A stretch of 64,000 nt of DNA. Origin: a virus. Its lineage: Duplodnaviria > Caudoviricetes. Under the pieces are notes generated by a model, which did no database searches, was not told the origin of the DNA, and saw only the letters and a list, made by a program, of their open reading frames with translations. The DNA lies in the IMG/VR virus record IMGVR_UViG_3300046523_000171, positions 1,187-65,186 of that record; one strand, 5' to 3'. Position numbers and translations under genes: made by a program. How positions within the stretch are numbered: position 1 is the first letter of the stretch; every line of letters begins with the position of its first letter. Below are positions 10,433 to 19,270 of the stretch, in pieces.

Positions 10433-10846
10433 TTAGATGTCGTCGTCGTCGGTGCCGGTTTCGTCGTCGCCAGCCAGGGCTTTCGTCGCGGCCTCGAACA
10501 CGGCCTTCACCTTGTCGGCGGGGATCTCGGCCATCTTGGCGACGCCAGCGACATCGGAAATGATGGCCTTGGCGGCGGCAGCGCCTTGTTCTTCCTTGAC
10601 TTTGCCCAGCGCGGCTTGCATTTCTTCGACGGTCGGGCCTTTCGGTGCGTCGTCCTTCTTCGCGGCGGCGGCCTTGCCACCCTTGCCAGCGGCGGCCGGC
10701 TTGCTTTCGGTCTTGGCGGCCGAGGTGTCAGCAGCAGCAGCGGCGGTGCCAGTCGATGCGGTCGAAACGGTGCCAGCGGCGGCCAGGGCAGCGATCAGTG
10801 CTTTGATGTTGGTGTTCAGTTCTGCGATGTTTTGTTCCAGGGACAT
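10433..10846 (-). CDS. Ala-rich replication-module protein (N-terminal coiled coil, acidic tail)
   Basis: 137 aa, phage-like codon use, upstream of DUF2800. Confidence 0.7.
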   Translation of the reverse strand: MSLEQNIAELNTNIKALIAALAAAGTVSTASTGTAAAAADTSAAKTESKPAAAGKGGKAAAAKKDDAPKGPTVEEMQAALGKVKEEQGAAAAKAIISDVAGVAKMAEIPADKVKAVFEAATKALAGDDETGTDDDDI

Positions 10847-10927
10847 GCTATTACTCCGTTAAGTAAGGTTGGCGGAAAATTGTGCGTCGGCTTACCGCCG
10901 ATTCGGCCGACGCGATCTACAAAAAAA

Positions 10928-11317
10928 CTACTCTTTCAGGACACTCGACAGGTCGATGTTCTCACCGCCTTCACCGAACAGCGCGAACGCTGCGTTGGCG
11001 TCGGTGGATTGAGCGACTACAAGACCGACGCTGTAGCGTGCTAACTCCACATCTGCAACGAGAAGCGTATGTCGATCCGCGTCGCTGATTGCCTGGTGCT
11101 GATCGCCGCACTGTAAAGTGAGGATCGCACCCTGCATTGCATCGCACGCATCGAGCAACGATTCGCGCTGCCGGGCACCGTGTAACGCATACCGCAGCAT
11201 GTGCAGTTTCGTCATCAACAGGTGCATCTGCTTGACCGTCAGATCCGCTACCGCACCGGCATCGAATTCCAACGATTCCGGCACATGCGTCACTGCGATC
11301 AGGTCGTAGTTCTTCAT
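10928..11317 (-). CDS. Hypothetical protein
   Basis: 129 aa ORF, first gene of the leftward replication operon. Confidence 0.55.
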   Translation of the reverse strand: MKNYDLIAVTHVPESLEFDAGAVADLTVKQMHLLMTKLHMLRYALHGARQRESLLDACDAMQGAILTLQCGDQHQAISDADRHTLLVADVELARYSVGLVVAQSTDANAAFALFGEGGENIDLSSVLKE

Positions 11318-11357
11318 TCGTATCGCCCTGTCGTTCGTTCGTCACTGCATGAACAGA

Positions 11358-11402
11358 ATCTTCTCATGCAGCTTGATTGGCGTCAAGTGCCTGTGGGATA
11401 AT
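11358..11402. promoter_or_regulatory. Divergent promoter pair between replication operons
   Basis: Plus-strand TTGATT-N18-GATAAT and minus-strand TTGACG-N17-GAAGAT. Their -35 boxes form the inverted repeat CTTGA-N6-TCAAG. Confidence 0.45.
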
Positions 11403-11438
11403 TCTCACATGTTTTTGAGAAATTATAAGGGGGTGCAA

Positions 11439-11741
11439 ATGGACGTGAAATTTCCGCCGTGGGTCGAGGGACCGAGGGCGTGTATTAGTGAAGGATCGTT
11501 GGAGTCTCGGCGCTTGCGATACCTTGTAATGATGGCCGCGATTAACAGCACTCCAAGCGGGAGCATCGCGGCACTAGCCGATACTTGCGGCATCGACCGG
11601 CCGCAGGTTCATGCATCAATCAGGGAAGGTCGCTGTTCGCAGAAGATGGCGTTGAAGATCGAGAAGGCGTGCGGTCGAAGCGTTGTACGACGCGAGTGGT
11701 TGATGTTCCCACTTGAGATCGAAGAATTGACGACGCAATGA
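11439..11741 (+). CDS. Cro-like HTH regulator
   Basis: SIAALADTCGIDRPQVHASIREG...ALKIEKA; located just before the primase; SD AAGGGGG. Confidence 0.65.
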   Translation: MDVKFPPWVEGPRACISEGSLESRRLRYLVMMAAINSTPSGSIAALADTCGIDRPQVHASIREGRCSQKMALKIEKACGRSVVRREWLMFPLEIEELTTQ

Positions 11742-14302
11742 AGAACGAAGAATACACGTCCAAAAATAGTGGCCCACTGGCGTACTTGGGGTCACGACTA
11801 ATCGACAAAGCCTACGACATCGTACCAATCGCTGTCGGCAAAAAAGCACCGGGATTCGACAATTGGAGCAAGGCCCGTTCGACCAAGCCGCAACTCACGG
11901 AATGGATCGAGTCGGGCCATCGCCATTCCGGTGTCGGCATCCTCACGAAAAGAACGCCAGCGGTTGATCTCGACATTCGTGACGAAGCCATCGCCCTCGA
12001 AGCTGAAGAGAAGGCGCGCGAGATTTTCGGTGACGCACCGCTGCGCATCGGCATGCCGCCGAAGCGTTTGCTCGTCTACCGCACCGAGACGCCTTTCCGC
12101 AAGATGCGCTCGAACCGCTATCAGGACGAATGGGGCGAACTGCACCAGATCGAGATCCTGTGCGACGGCCAGCAGTTCGTCGCGTACCACATTCACCCTG
12201 ACACCGGCCGTCCGTACTACTGGCCGAACGAGAAGATCGACGACGAGGGCACCGTGATCGAGGCCGGTGGTCCGCTGTCCATCGCATCGAACGAACTCAC
12301 CGAGATCACGCCGGACCAGTGCCAGGAATTGATCGACTGGTTCCACGAACGCGCGAAGAAGGAAACCGACTGGAAGCTGGTGAAGAAGCAGCGCGACGGC
12401 CAGCTTGCGAACATCGACATGGACGATCCGTTCCTCGAAGATACGCAGGCCGTGGACATCAGCGAGACGGAATTGCGCTCGCGTCTCATGATGGTGCCGA
12501 ACCCTGACGACTACGACACATGGGTTCAGGTCGGCATGGCCCTGTATCACCAGTTCGACGGCGATGAAGTCGGCATGGAACTGTGGAACGAGTGGTCCGA
12601 GACGGCCGACAACTACGACCGCGATGCGCTCGAACGTCGCTGGGATGACTTCGGCATCGACGGCAAGAAGCGTGCGCCGATCACCGCGCGTTTCATCCTG
12701 AAGCTGTCCAAGGAAGCGGCGGCAGAAGGTGCTGCGGCGCTGGCGGTGAAGCTGCGCGACATGTTCAACGAGGCGAAAGACCTGGCCGCCTGGACGAAAG
12801 CCCGCGATGCTGCACGCGAAGCCGAGATCGACGGTCTGACCCGCGCCGCGCTGGCCGGTTTGGCGAAGGATCGCCTCGACATCATCAACGGGACGAAAAC
12901 GCCGCTGGCCGAGGTTAAGAAAGCCATCGCCTACGCGCCGTCGAAGGGCGAGAAGCTGCCTGGTTGGTGCGAGGATTGGGTCTACGACACGAGCGACGAC
13001 CGTTTCTACAACACCGCGAAGGGGATCTCGACCACGAAGCAGGGTTTCGACGCGATGTTCGACCGCTACGCGATGACGAAGAAGGACATTTTGGACGGCA
13101 AGACCTCGCCATCGTCCTCGGCGTCGGCGCTCGCGCTGAACCTCTACAAAATCAAGACCGTACAGGGTCGCCGCTACGAGCCGGGCGCAGATCCGGTGTT
13201 CTATCGTCCTGACGGCGTGTTCGCCAACACGTATGCGGCGCACGAGATCCCCGAACTGCCGGAAAAACTGCTGCCGCGCGACAAAGCGGCCATCAAGCGC
13301 GTGAAGGAACACATTCGCCACCTGCTCGTGAAGCCGGAAGAACGTCGCATCCTGCTCGACTGGCTTTCGTGGATCGTGCAAAACCCTGGCAAGCATGTGA
13401 ACTGGTCGATCCTGCTGCAAGGCGTCGAGGGTGATGGCAAGTCGTTCTTCGCTTTCCTCATGCGCGCGGTCATGGGCGTGTCGAACGTGCAGATGCTCAA
13501 CGCCCACGTCCTCGAATCGTCGTTCACCGATTGGCTCGTCGGCCAGTGCCTCACCTGTATCGAGGAAGTCCGGCTCATCAATGCGCACAACAAGTACGAA
13601 GTGCTGAACAAGGTGAAGCCGAACATCACGAACCACATCATTGAGGTTCACCCGAAGGGCAAGGCACCGTACAACGCGGTGAACACCACGTCGTATCTGT
13701 TCTTCTCGAACTTCCGCGACGCGCTGCCGCTCGATGACGATGGCCGCCGCTACTGCATCCTGTTCAGCCAGTGGCAGCGCAAGGACAAACTCGATGCGTT
13801 CAAGCGCGAGAACCCCGACTACTACGAGGATCTGTACTCGACCATCGAGACTTCGGCACCGGCCCTGCGCAAGTGGCTGCTCGAATGGGAACAGGACGAG
13901 TCGTTCAAGCCGTACGGCGACGCACCGGCCACCGACGCGAAGCGGTACATGATCCGCCAGGCGCAGCCGCAGTTCATTCAGGATCTCTACGACCTGATCG
14001 CGGAAAAAGTGGACCCGCTGATCTCGTTCGAGCTTCTGGACGGGACGCGGATGACCGACACGCTCATGGAACGTGGCCTGGAAGTGCCGGGTAACAAGGC
14101 AGTCGGCTCGATGCTGTCCCGCCACCGCTTCGAGTCGCTTGGAAAAATCCGCGTCGGCGGCGAGGTTCGCACCTACTACACCCGCGATCTCGACCTGTTC
14201 CAGTCGGTTGACGCGGACGGTTGCGTGAACGTCGATAACTCGAAAGTGCGGAAATACGTCGAAGCGGCCAAGGCGTCGATTGAGGATGACGATGAACTCT
14301 GA
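11738..14302 (+). CDS. Primase-helicase (Prim-Pol + PriCT-2 + SF3/DUF5906 helicase)
   Basis: PAVDLD, GQQFVAYHIHP, YDTWVQVGMALY (PriCT-2), Walker A GVEGDGKS, Walker B CIEE. Confidence 0.92.
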   Translation: MKNEEYTSKNSGPLAYLGSRLIDKAYDIVPIAVGKKAPGFDNWSKARSTKPQLTEWIESGHRHSGVGILTKRTPAVDLDIRDEAIALEAEEKAREIFGDAPLRIGMPPKRLLVYRTETPFRKMRSNRYQDEWGELHQIEILCDGQQFVAYHIHPDTGRPYYWPNEKIDDEGTVIEAGGPLSIASNELTEITPDQCQELIDWFHERAKKETDWKLVKKQRDGQLANIDMDDPFLEDTQAVDISETELRSRLMMVPNPDDYDTWVQVGMALYHQFDGDEVGMELWNEWSETADNYDRDALERRWDDFGIDGKKRAPITARFILKLSKEAAAEGAAALAVKLRDMFNEAKDLAAWTKARDAAREAEIDGLTRAALAGLAKDRLDIINGTKTPLAEVKKAIAYAPSKGEKLPGWCEDWVYDTSDDRFYNTAKGISTTKQGFDAMFDRYAMTKKDILDGKTSPSSSASALALNLYKIKTVQGRRYEPGADPVFYRPDGVFANTYAAHEIPELPEKLLPRDKAAIKRVKEHIRHLLVKPEERRILLDWLSWIVQNPGKHVNWSILLQGVEGDGKSFFAFLMRAVMGVSNVQMLNAHVLESSFTDWLVGQCLTCIEEVRLINAHNKYEVLNKVKPNITNHIIEVHPKGKAPYNAVNTTSYLFFSNFRDALPLDDDGRRYCILFSQWQRKDKLDAFKRENPDYYEDLYSTIETSAPALRKWLLEWEQDESFKPYGDAPATDAKRYMIRQAQPQFIQDLYDLIAEKVDPLISFELLDGTRMTDTLMERGLEVPGNKAVGSMLSRHRFESLGKIRVGGEVRTYYTRDLDLFQSVDADGCVNVDNSKVRKYVEAAKASIEDDDEL

Positions 14303-14309
14303 GGGAAAC

Positions 14310-15101
14310 ATGGGTATTGAGAAGTCGCTGGAAGATCTCAGCGCGAACGTGAAGGCGCTCACCGTCCAGTTGCGAGCGTCCTTCAGCTATCGGGAGCCGA
14401 AGCATGTCATCGGCATTTCCGGCGGCAAGGACAGTACGGCGATGGCGATGCGCTTGATGGAAACCGAGCCGCGCGACTACGAATTCATCTGCAACGCGAC
14501 CGGAAACGAACTGCCGGAACTGTTCACGCACCTGGCGAAGTTGGAAAAGATGTTCGGCAAGGAGTTCAAGCGCGTCACCTATCACACCGATCTGATCGGG
14601 ATGATCGAGGAAATTGGCATGCTGCCGAACTTTCGCGCGCGCTTCTGCACTCGCATGTTGAAGATCGAGCCGACCATCGAATACTTCGAGAGTCTGCCGC
14701 CCGGCAGCACGTTGTACGTCGGATTGCGCGCCGACGAGGAAGAACGCAAGGGTCTGTACGGCGAGGACATCAACATTCGCTTCCCGATGCGTGAATGGGG
14801 ATGGGGGATCGACGATGTGTGGAAGTACCTCGACGAAAACGGCATCGTCATCCCGAAGCGCACGGACTGCGCGCTTTGCTACGGCCAGCGGATCGACGAG
14901 TGGTTTTCGCTTTGGCGTGACAACCGGCCGATGTTCGACGAAGGGATCAGGATCGAGCAAAAACACGGCCATACCTTCCGCTCGGATGGTCGGGATACCT
15001 GGCCCGCCGCGCTTATCGACCTGGGAAAAGAGTTCGAGAGCGGTCGCCCGCTGCGAAAACGGAAGGCTCGCGCCGAGACATGCCGCGTGTGCTCCATTTG
15101 A
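14310..15101 (+). CDS. PAPS-reductase-family (PP-loop) protein
   Basis: ISGGKDSTAM PP-loop, RFCTRMLKIEP, GLRADE, PMREWG, RTDCALC; SD GAGGG before ATG 14310. Confidence 0.85.
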   Translation: MGIEKSLEDLSANVKALTVQLRASFSYREPKHVIGISGGKDSTAMAMRLMETEPRDYEFICNATGNELPELFTHLAKLEKMFGKEFKRVTYHTDLIGMIEEIGMLPNFRARFCTRMLKIEPTIEYFESLPPGSTLYVGLRADEEERKGLYGEDINIRFPMREWGWGIDDVWKYLDENGIVIPKRTDCALCYGQRIDEWFSLWRDNRPMFDEGIRIEQKHGHTFRSDGRDTWPAALIDLGKEFESGRPLRKRKARAETCRVCSI

Positions 15102-15188
15102 TTTTCCGCACGGCCGGGTTCGCCTGATCGTGCGATTCTGATCTCGCCGGACAGCTTCGCGGCTGATTCGGCTCCATTTTCCAACATT

Positions 15189-15230
15189 TGACCCGCCTCG
15201 GCTTAGGACACCGAATCGCGGGTCATTTTT
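15189..15230 (+). terminator. Intrinsic terminator after primase operon
   Basis: TGACCCGC...GCGGGTCA 8-bp stem followed by TTTTT. Confidence 0.6.
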
Positions 15231-15323
15231 CATTCTGGTTCCCGTTTTCGCGGGAATCACGACCACTTCGGCCACGGCTCGGCGTCGGCTAAGAAAAAAT
15301 CCTGTGCGCCAGCGACATGCGAA

Positions 15324-15501
15324 CCCCCGCTTTTAGGGAACATAGGGTGACATTTTTATATCGAATACCCTCTTTTCTTCCATTCTGTATCTCTATGTTC
15401 TCTATTTCCCTTAGTTTGACTACGTGTAGCGAGAAAAAAATAAAAAAAAGCCAGTAGGTAGAGAATAGCGATCCCCCACTTTTCGGGAACATAGGGTGAC
15501 A
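15324..15501 (+). repeat. Two 29-bp direct repeats CCCCC(G/A)CTTTT(A/C)GGGAACATAGGGTGACA
   Basis: Copies at 15324-15352 and 15473-15501, 27/29 identical, in an AT-rich non-coding stretch. Confidence 0.9.
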
Positions 15502-15589
15502 AGCCTCGTGTACGTGGACGGGATGGCATGGTCAAACCCTGTCAACGACTTGGTGCTATAGCGATTTCGATAAATTTGCGGGACACGCG

Positions 15590-15601
15590 GCTCTACGGAC
15601 C
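15590..15601 (-). other. Candidate cos site (5'-GGTCCGTAGAGC on minus strand)
   Basis: 10/12 match to the phage Chi cohesive end GGTGCGCAGAGC (recalled, not looked up). Lies in the only large intergenic gap, with Chi-like orientation relative to the primase. Confidence 0.6.
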
Positions 15602-15659
15602 CCCGGCTCGCCATCAGGCAGGGGAGGGACCCATTGACCCATAGGCCCGCTGGCGCGAT

Positions 15660-16070
15660 TTTCCGCCAGCGCGGCTACCACGCCACCAACCGCCCATAGA
15701 TCGCGCCTTGTATGCCTGTTCTCGTGCGTCCCAGGGCCACCCACGCCACACGGCCACCCCCACAGCAGGCCATGCCCGCAGGAAATGACCCACAGGACAC
15801 CCCGCCACACGGCCACCCGGCCACGATCCAGGCCCGCCACGCCACGACCCCGCCCGCCCAGGCATGCGGACACCCGGCCACCCCGCCCGGCCCGCTGTAG
15901 GGCTTCTATCCGGCTCGGCGTCCAGGCGGCTACACCGACACCCGGCCACGCATGCAAGCGCACCCACGCACGCCTGGACGCACCCGCGCACGAGGGCAAG
16001 CGCACCCGCGTACACGTACACGCGCATACACGAGGGCGGGCGCACATGCAAGCGCACATGCACGAGAGGC
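15660..16070 (+). repeat. C/A-skewed low-complexity tract with GGCCAC and GCAAGCGCAC repeats
   Basis: GCAAGCGCAC at 15954, 15996 and 16048; many CCAC/GGCCAC units; overlapping ORFs look spurious. Confidence 0.7.
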
Positions 16071-16100
16071 GGGAATCAGGGAATGCGGGCCGAGCGGCCC

Positions 16101-16127
16101 AAAAGAAAAACCCGCCTTGCGGCGGGT
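16101..16127 (-). terminator. Intrinsic terminator of leftward early operon
   Basis: CCCGCC-TTGC-GGCGGG stem with a 10-nt A-rich run on plus (U tract on minus). Confidence 0.8.
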
Positions 16128-16153
16128 CGGGTCATGCGGGGTAGGGTGAGGGC

Positions 16154-16651
16154 TTAGGCGTCGCGGCAGAACTCGCGGGACATGCGCACCATGTCGGCGG
16201 CGTTCAGGCTTGCATCTGCGGCGAAGCGTTGCAGCAGTTCGAGCGCGGCGGCTTCGCGGTTGAACGGGTCCAGCTTGTCTACCACTGCGCCATAACCGGC
16301 AGCGATGCGGGCGGCCTCTTGCTCGGGATCTTGGCCGGGATGAATCGTGATGATCTCCGATTCGGTGCGGTGCGTGGTGTTGCTGCGCATGGTCAGCGCG
16401 TAGCGGGTTGGTTCCGTGGTCGGGCGGCCACCGGGGCGGGCCAGCTTCGCCGCAAGTTCGATGTTCCGCGACTCGGGCAGCATGTAGCGCAGCGGCGCAA
16501 CAACCCACGTTTCAAGGTACAGGCGCGCCGGGCCGCGCAGGGCGTCGCGCACGGTGTCGGCTTCGCGCTCGCCACCATCGGCGCGGGGTGCGCATTCCAG
16601 GCGGGCGACGGCTTCGCGGATAATGCTTGCTTCGGTGTTGGTCATGGTCAT
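16154..16651 (-). CDS. Hypothetical early protein
   Basis: 165 aa ORF, SD AGGAG, ends just before the terminator. Confidence 0.7.
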   Translation of the reverse strand: MTMTNTEASIIREAVARLECAPRADGGEREADTVRDALRGPARLYLETWVVAPLRYMLPESRNIELAAKLARPGGRPTTEPTRYALTMRSNTTHRTESEIITIHPGQDPEQEAARIAAGYGAVVDKLDPFNREAAALELLQRFAADASLNAADMVRMSREFCRDA

Positions 16652-16686
16652 GGCGTGGTGCTCCTATCGTTGGTGAGTGGGTCGGG

Positions 16687-17328
16687 TCAGTCGGGGCCGT
16701 TGTTGTCCAGCATACCAGCGCAGGCCAGCGCATGAAACACGCCTTGCCCGAACGCGGCGCACGCCTTGCCATAGCCCAGGCCATCGGCGGCGGTCTTGCC
16801 TTTCACGTCCAGGCCATACGACACGCGGAACCGCTTGTTTGCGAACTGTTCGACCTTGACCGGGTATTCATTGGATACGGTAACTTCGATGCAAACATGC
16901 GTGCGGGCCGTGCCGCTGTCCGTGTTCACCTGGACCGAGTGAGCGTCGGCAAGGCGCGACAGTTCGCGGGCGCGGTCGTACATCTTGCCCGCGTCGCTCG
17001 GCGGCCTGCAAGTGTGATCCAGCAGCACGCGCAGCACGTCGCGCAGTTCGTCATACGTTGGCGCGGGCTTCGTGGTATCGACGACCGGCGCAGCAGGTGC
17101 GGCGGGTTTGACTTCGAGCGGCGGAAGGTAGGACGCGCGAACGGCTTTCAATTCCTTGCCATCCTTGATGATCTCCACATCTGCGGCCTGTGCTGCAAGG
17201 CGCATGTTTTCCAGGCTCGGGCCGGTCGTTTTGGCGCGCTGGCGAAGTTTTGGAATCTCGGAAATGCGGCCCGAGTGGACCGCGTGACATTCTTGTAAAA
17301 ACTGATCCAGGGGCGAGAGGGTAGACAT
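16687..17328 (-). CDS. Hypothetical early protein
   Basis: 213 aa ORF downstream of promoter P1. Confidence 0.7.
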   Translation of the reverse strand: MSTLSPLDQFLQECHAVHSGRISEIPKLRQRAKTTGPSLENMRLAAQAADVEIIKDGKELKAVRASYLPPLEVKPAAPAAPVVDTTKPAPTYDELRDVLRVLLDHTCRPPSDAGKMYDRARELSRLADAHSVQVNTDSGTARTHVCIEVTVSNEYPVKVEQFANKRFRVSYGLDVKGKTAADGLGYGKACAAFGQGVFHALACAGMLDNNGPD

Positions 17329-17380
17329 TGGGACGGCCTTTCATGTTTGAACGGTGCGCGGAATTGCGCGACGTGTTGAG

Positions 17381-17410
17381 ATTCTAAATGACAAGGGAAA
17401 ACCCTGTCAA
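17381..17410 (-). promoter_or_regulatory. sigma70 promoter P1 with embedded palindrome
   Basis: TTGACA-gggttttcccttgtcatt-TAGAAT. Confidence 0.85.
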
Positions 17411-17474
17411 CAGCTTTTCAACAACAAACACGAACACCCGCCACGCGGGCGGGTTCGGTCAGCAGAACGCCGGG

Positions 17475-17702
17475 TTAGATCTCGATGCCGTACTTTTCGA
17501 GTCGCTGTTTTTGGAAGGCGTCAAAGGCGGCCATTTCTTCGGCGTCGGGGTGCGCCATCCAGGCAATAAGGCCACACGTCGCCACGAGGCCGAGCGCCTG
17601 CGAGCCGTGACCAGTGCCGCACAGGATGAGGCCACCAACGAAGGCCACGAGCGCGGCCAGCAGGACCACGAGAACGCGCGCGAGTATCAAGGCCATAATC
17701 AT
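17475..17702 (-). CDS. Small two-TM membrane protein
   Basis: MIMALILARVLVVLLAALVAFVGGLILCG...LGLVATCGLIAWMA. Confidence 0.6.
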   Translation of the reverse strand: MIMALILARVLVVLLAALVAFVGGLILCGTGHGSQALGLVATCGLIAWMAHPDAEEMAAFDAFQKQRLEKYGIEI

Positions 17703-18025
17703 GCATGACCCCTTCCGAACACGAACGCCGGGCGATGCTGCGCGGGCTTGCCGGTGCGCGACGCTTCGATGCGTCCAGGCTTCGCCGCGTCGCGGGACAG
17801 GTACACGTAAAACGCAAGGCCGAGCGACAGCGGAGACGTTGAACTTTTTCGCCAGCCTACCGCCTTCGCCATGTCGGACAGGGCGCATTGTTGACTGATC
17901 CGCAGGCTATGCGGGTCGGCGGTAAAGTCGATGTCATCGGCGGCGCGCATGTGGGCGCGGATCGCTTCGCGGCGCTTCGAGCCTTCGAGGGTGCGGAAGC
18001 TGCGGAGTTGATTATTCTTGCACAT
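17699..18025 (-). CDS. Hypothetical early protein
   Basis: 108 aa from ATG 18025 with SD GAAGG; stop overlaps the next start. Confidence 0.6.
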   Translation of the reverse strand: MCKNNQLRSFRTLEGSKRREAIRAHMRAADDIDFTADPHSLRISQQCALSDMAKAVGWRKSSTSPLSLGLAFYVYLSRDAAKPGRIEASRTGKPAQHRPAFVFGRGHA

Positions 18026-18029
18026 GGGT

Positions 18030-18563
18030 TTAAGCCTTCCAGTTCTCAATTTCGGTTGCAAGGTCGCGCACGCGGTCGCGGTCGCCGTGGATCGGTGAAC
18101 CGTACATGATGCGCAAAAGTGCGTCGCGGTCGTTGCCGGTCGCGGCGGCATGGTCGCGGGCGTCGCTGTAGTCGTCGGCGCTGATCGTCTCGCCGTCAGC
18201 CATGCGGCGCACCGCTTCGCCCAGCTTCGACACGTAGCGCGAACCGTCCCAGGCTTCGAGCAATCCCAGGCGCGGCGGGCGGCCATCGTCCAGGCTGCGG
18301 CGGGCTTCGTTGAGTGCGTCGGCGTCGTCATGCGCGCCGATCATGATAAAGCCGTGGCGGCCCTTGTAGCGGTACGACTTGAGGCCATGCGCCGCAAGAG
18401 GTTTGTTCGCCGTGTCGGTCGAGAAGGCCAGCGCGCGGCGGCGTCCGTGCGGCTTGCCAAACAGGGCTTTCCCGCTGCTGGTCTTGCATACTTGGCCGTT
18501 CAGGCGTCCGCAGGTCGGGCAAGTCACGGACAGCGCGCCGCCGGTTTTCGTGGTGTCGGTCAT
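18030..18563 (-). CDS. Zinc-finger protein (CPTCG...C...H)
   Basis: VTCPTCGRLNGQVCKTSSGKALFGKPHGRR. Confidence 0.65.
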   Translation of the reverse strand: MTDTTKTGGALSVTCPTCGRLNGQVCKTSSGKALFGKPHGRRRALAFSTDTANKPLAAHGLKSYRYKGRHGFIMIGAHDDADALNEARRSLDDGRPPRLGLLEAWDGSRYVSKLGEAVRRMADGETISADDYSDARDHAAATGNDRDALLRIMYGSPIHGDRDRVRDLATEIENWKA

Positions 18564-18578
18564 GGTGTCGAATTCCTG

Positions 18579-18597
18579 TAAATCGTTTATACCGTTT
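18579..18597 (+). repeat. 19-bp motif TAAATCGTTTATACCGTTT, copy 1
   Basis: Exact copies at 19271 (inverted) and 46640. Confidence 0.9.
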
Positions 18598-19237
18598 CCA
18601 GCACGAGCGCGAAGCCGCGAGACGCGAAGTAAGGCAGCGCATCAAATGGCGTTGCGAAGTGGCGGCCCGCTGTCCCGTCAATGTAGCTTGCCCAGGGTTG
18701 CGAACGGTCCCATTCGGGATGGTAGGCAATGCGGGCGCGGCTGCATTTGCTGCGGAAGGTTTGCCCCGGCGCGTAATCCATCGTCAGGCCGCGCATGCGC
18801 AGCAGTTCGGACAGCAGGAAGTAACCGCCCGCGCCAACGCTCGGCGGCGTGTCAGGTGTCGCGGCGTCGCCAACTTGATACACGTAGCGGCGGCCGTCAT
18901 CGGCGGCCATGCGCCAAACCGGGCGCGAGATCTCGCCGCGCTGCGCCATGCCGCAGAACTCCCAGCGGCCCAGCTTCGACGCCTCGGCGGCGTCCAGTTC
19001 CGCGACGTGCGCCACGCGGTCAGCTTCGAGAAGGGTAGCGGCACTGGCGATATTTTCGGACGTGATGAGGGCCGAGCTATCCACCTCGGCGCGGTAGTCG
19101 CGCCATGCCTGATTGATGATCGCAGTAAAGCGGGCCTTGCGGTGTCCCACGTCGCGGGCGGCGTCAATGCAACGCTGATACAGGCGACCATCGGAAACGG
19201 CGGATAAATAAAGGTCGTCGGCGGTAATGTAAGGCAT
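18587..19237 (-). CDS. Hypothetical early protein
   Basis: 216 aa ORF, SD AAGGGG, flanked by inverted 19-mers. Confidence 0.7.
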   Translation of the reverse strand: MPYITADDLYLSAVSDGRLYQRCIDAARDVGHRKARFTAIINQAWRDYRAEVDSSALITSENIASAATLLEADRVAHVAELDAAEASKLGRWEFCGMAQRGEISRPVWRMAADDGRRYVYQVGDAATPDTPPSVGAGGYFLLSELLRMRGLTMDYAPGQTFRSKCSRARIAYHPEWDRSQPWASYIDGTAGRHFATPFDALPYFASRGFALVLETV

Positions 19238-19270
19238 GTCTAAATTCCCCTTGATGGTGGATTATTTGAT

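Noticed and set aside
11798-14362. 854-aa antisense ORF mirroring the primase, and other long antisense ORFs (73-1344, 1079-2983, 6118-8352, 38956-42468, 44175-46664, 53090-55186)
   Set aside because: Shadow frames of genes with strong GC3 bias; Arg/Val/His-rich, with no motifs or RBS, and the opposite strand has clear family signatures.
14310-15101. Auxiliary sulfur-metabolism gene (cysH)
   Set aside because: No other cys genes, replication-operon context and a phage-type leader. Kept only as a PP-loop enzyme of unknown substrate.
15289-16157. Several short ORFs in the end region
   Set aside because: Translations of low-complexity repeats (V/C/A/R-rich) with no RBS; treated as non-coding.
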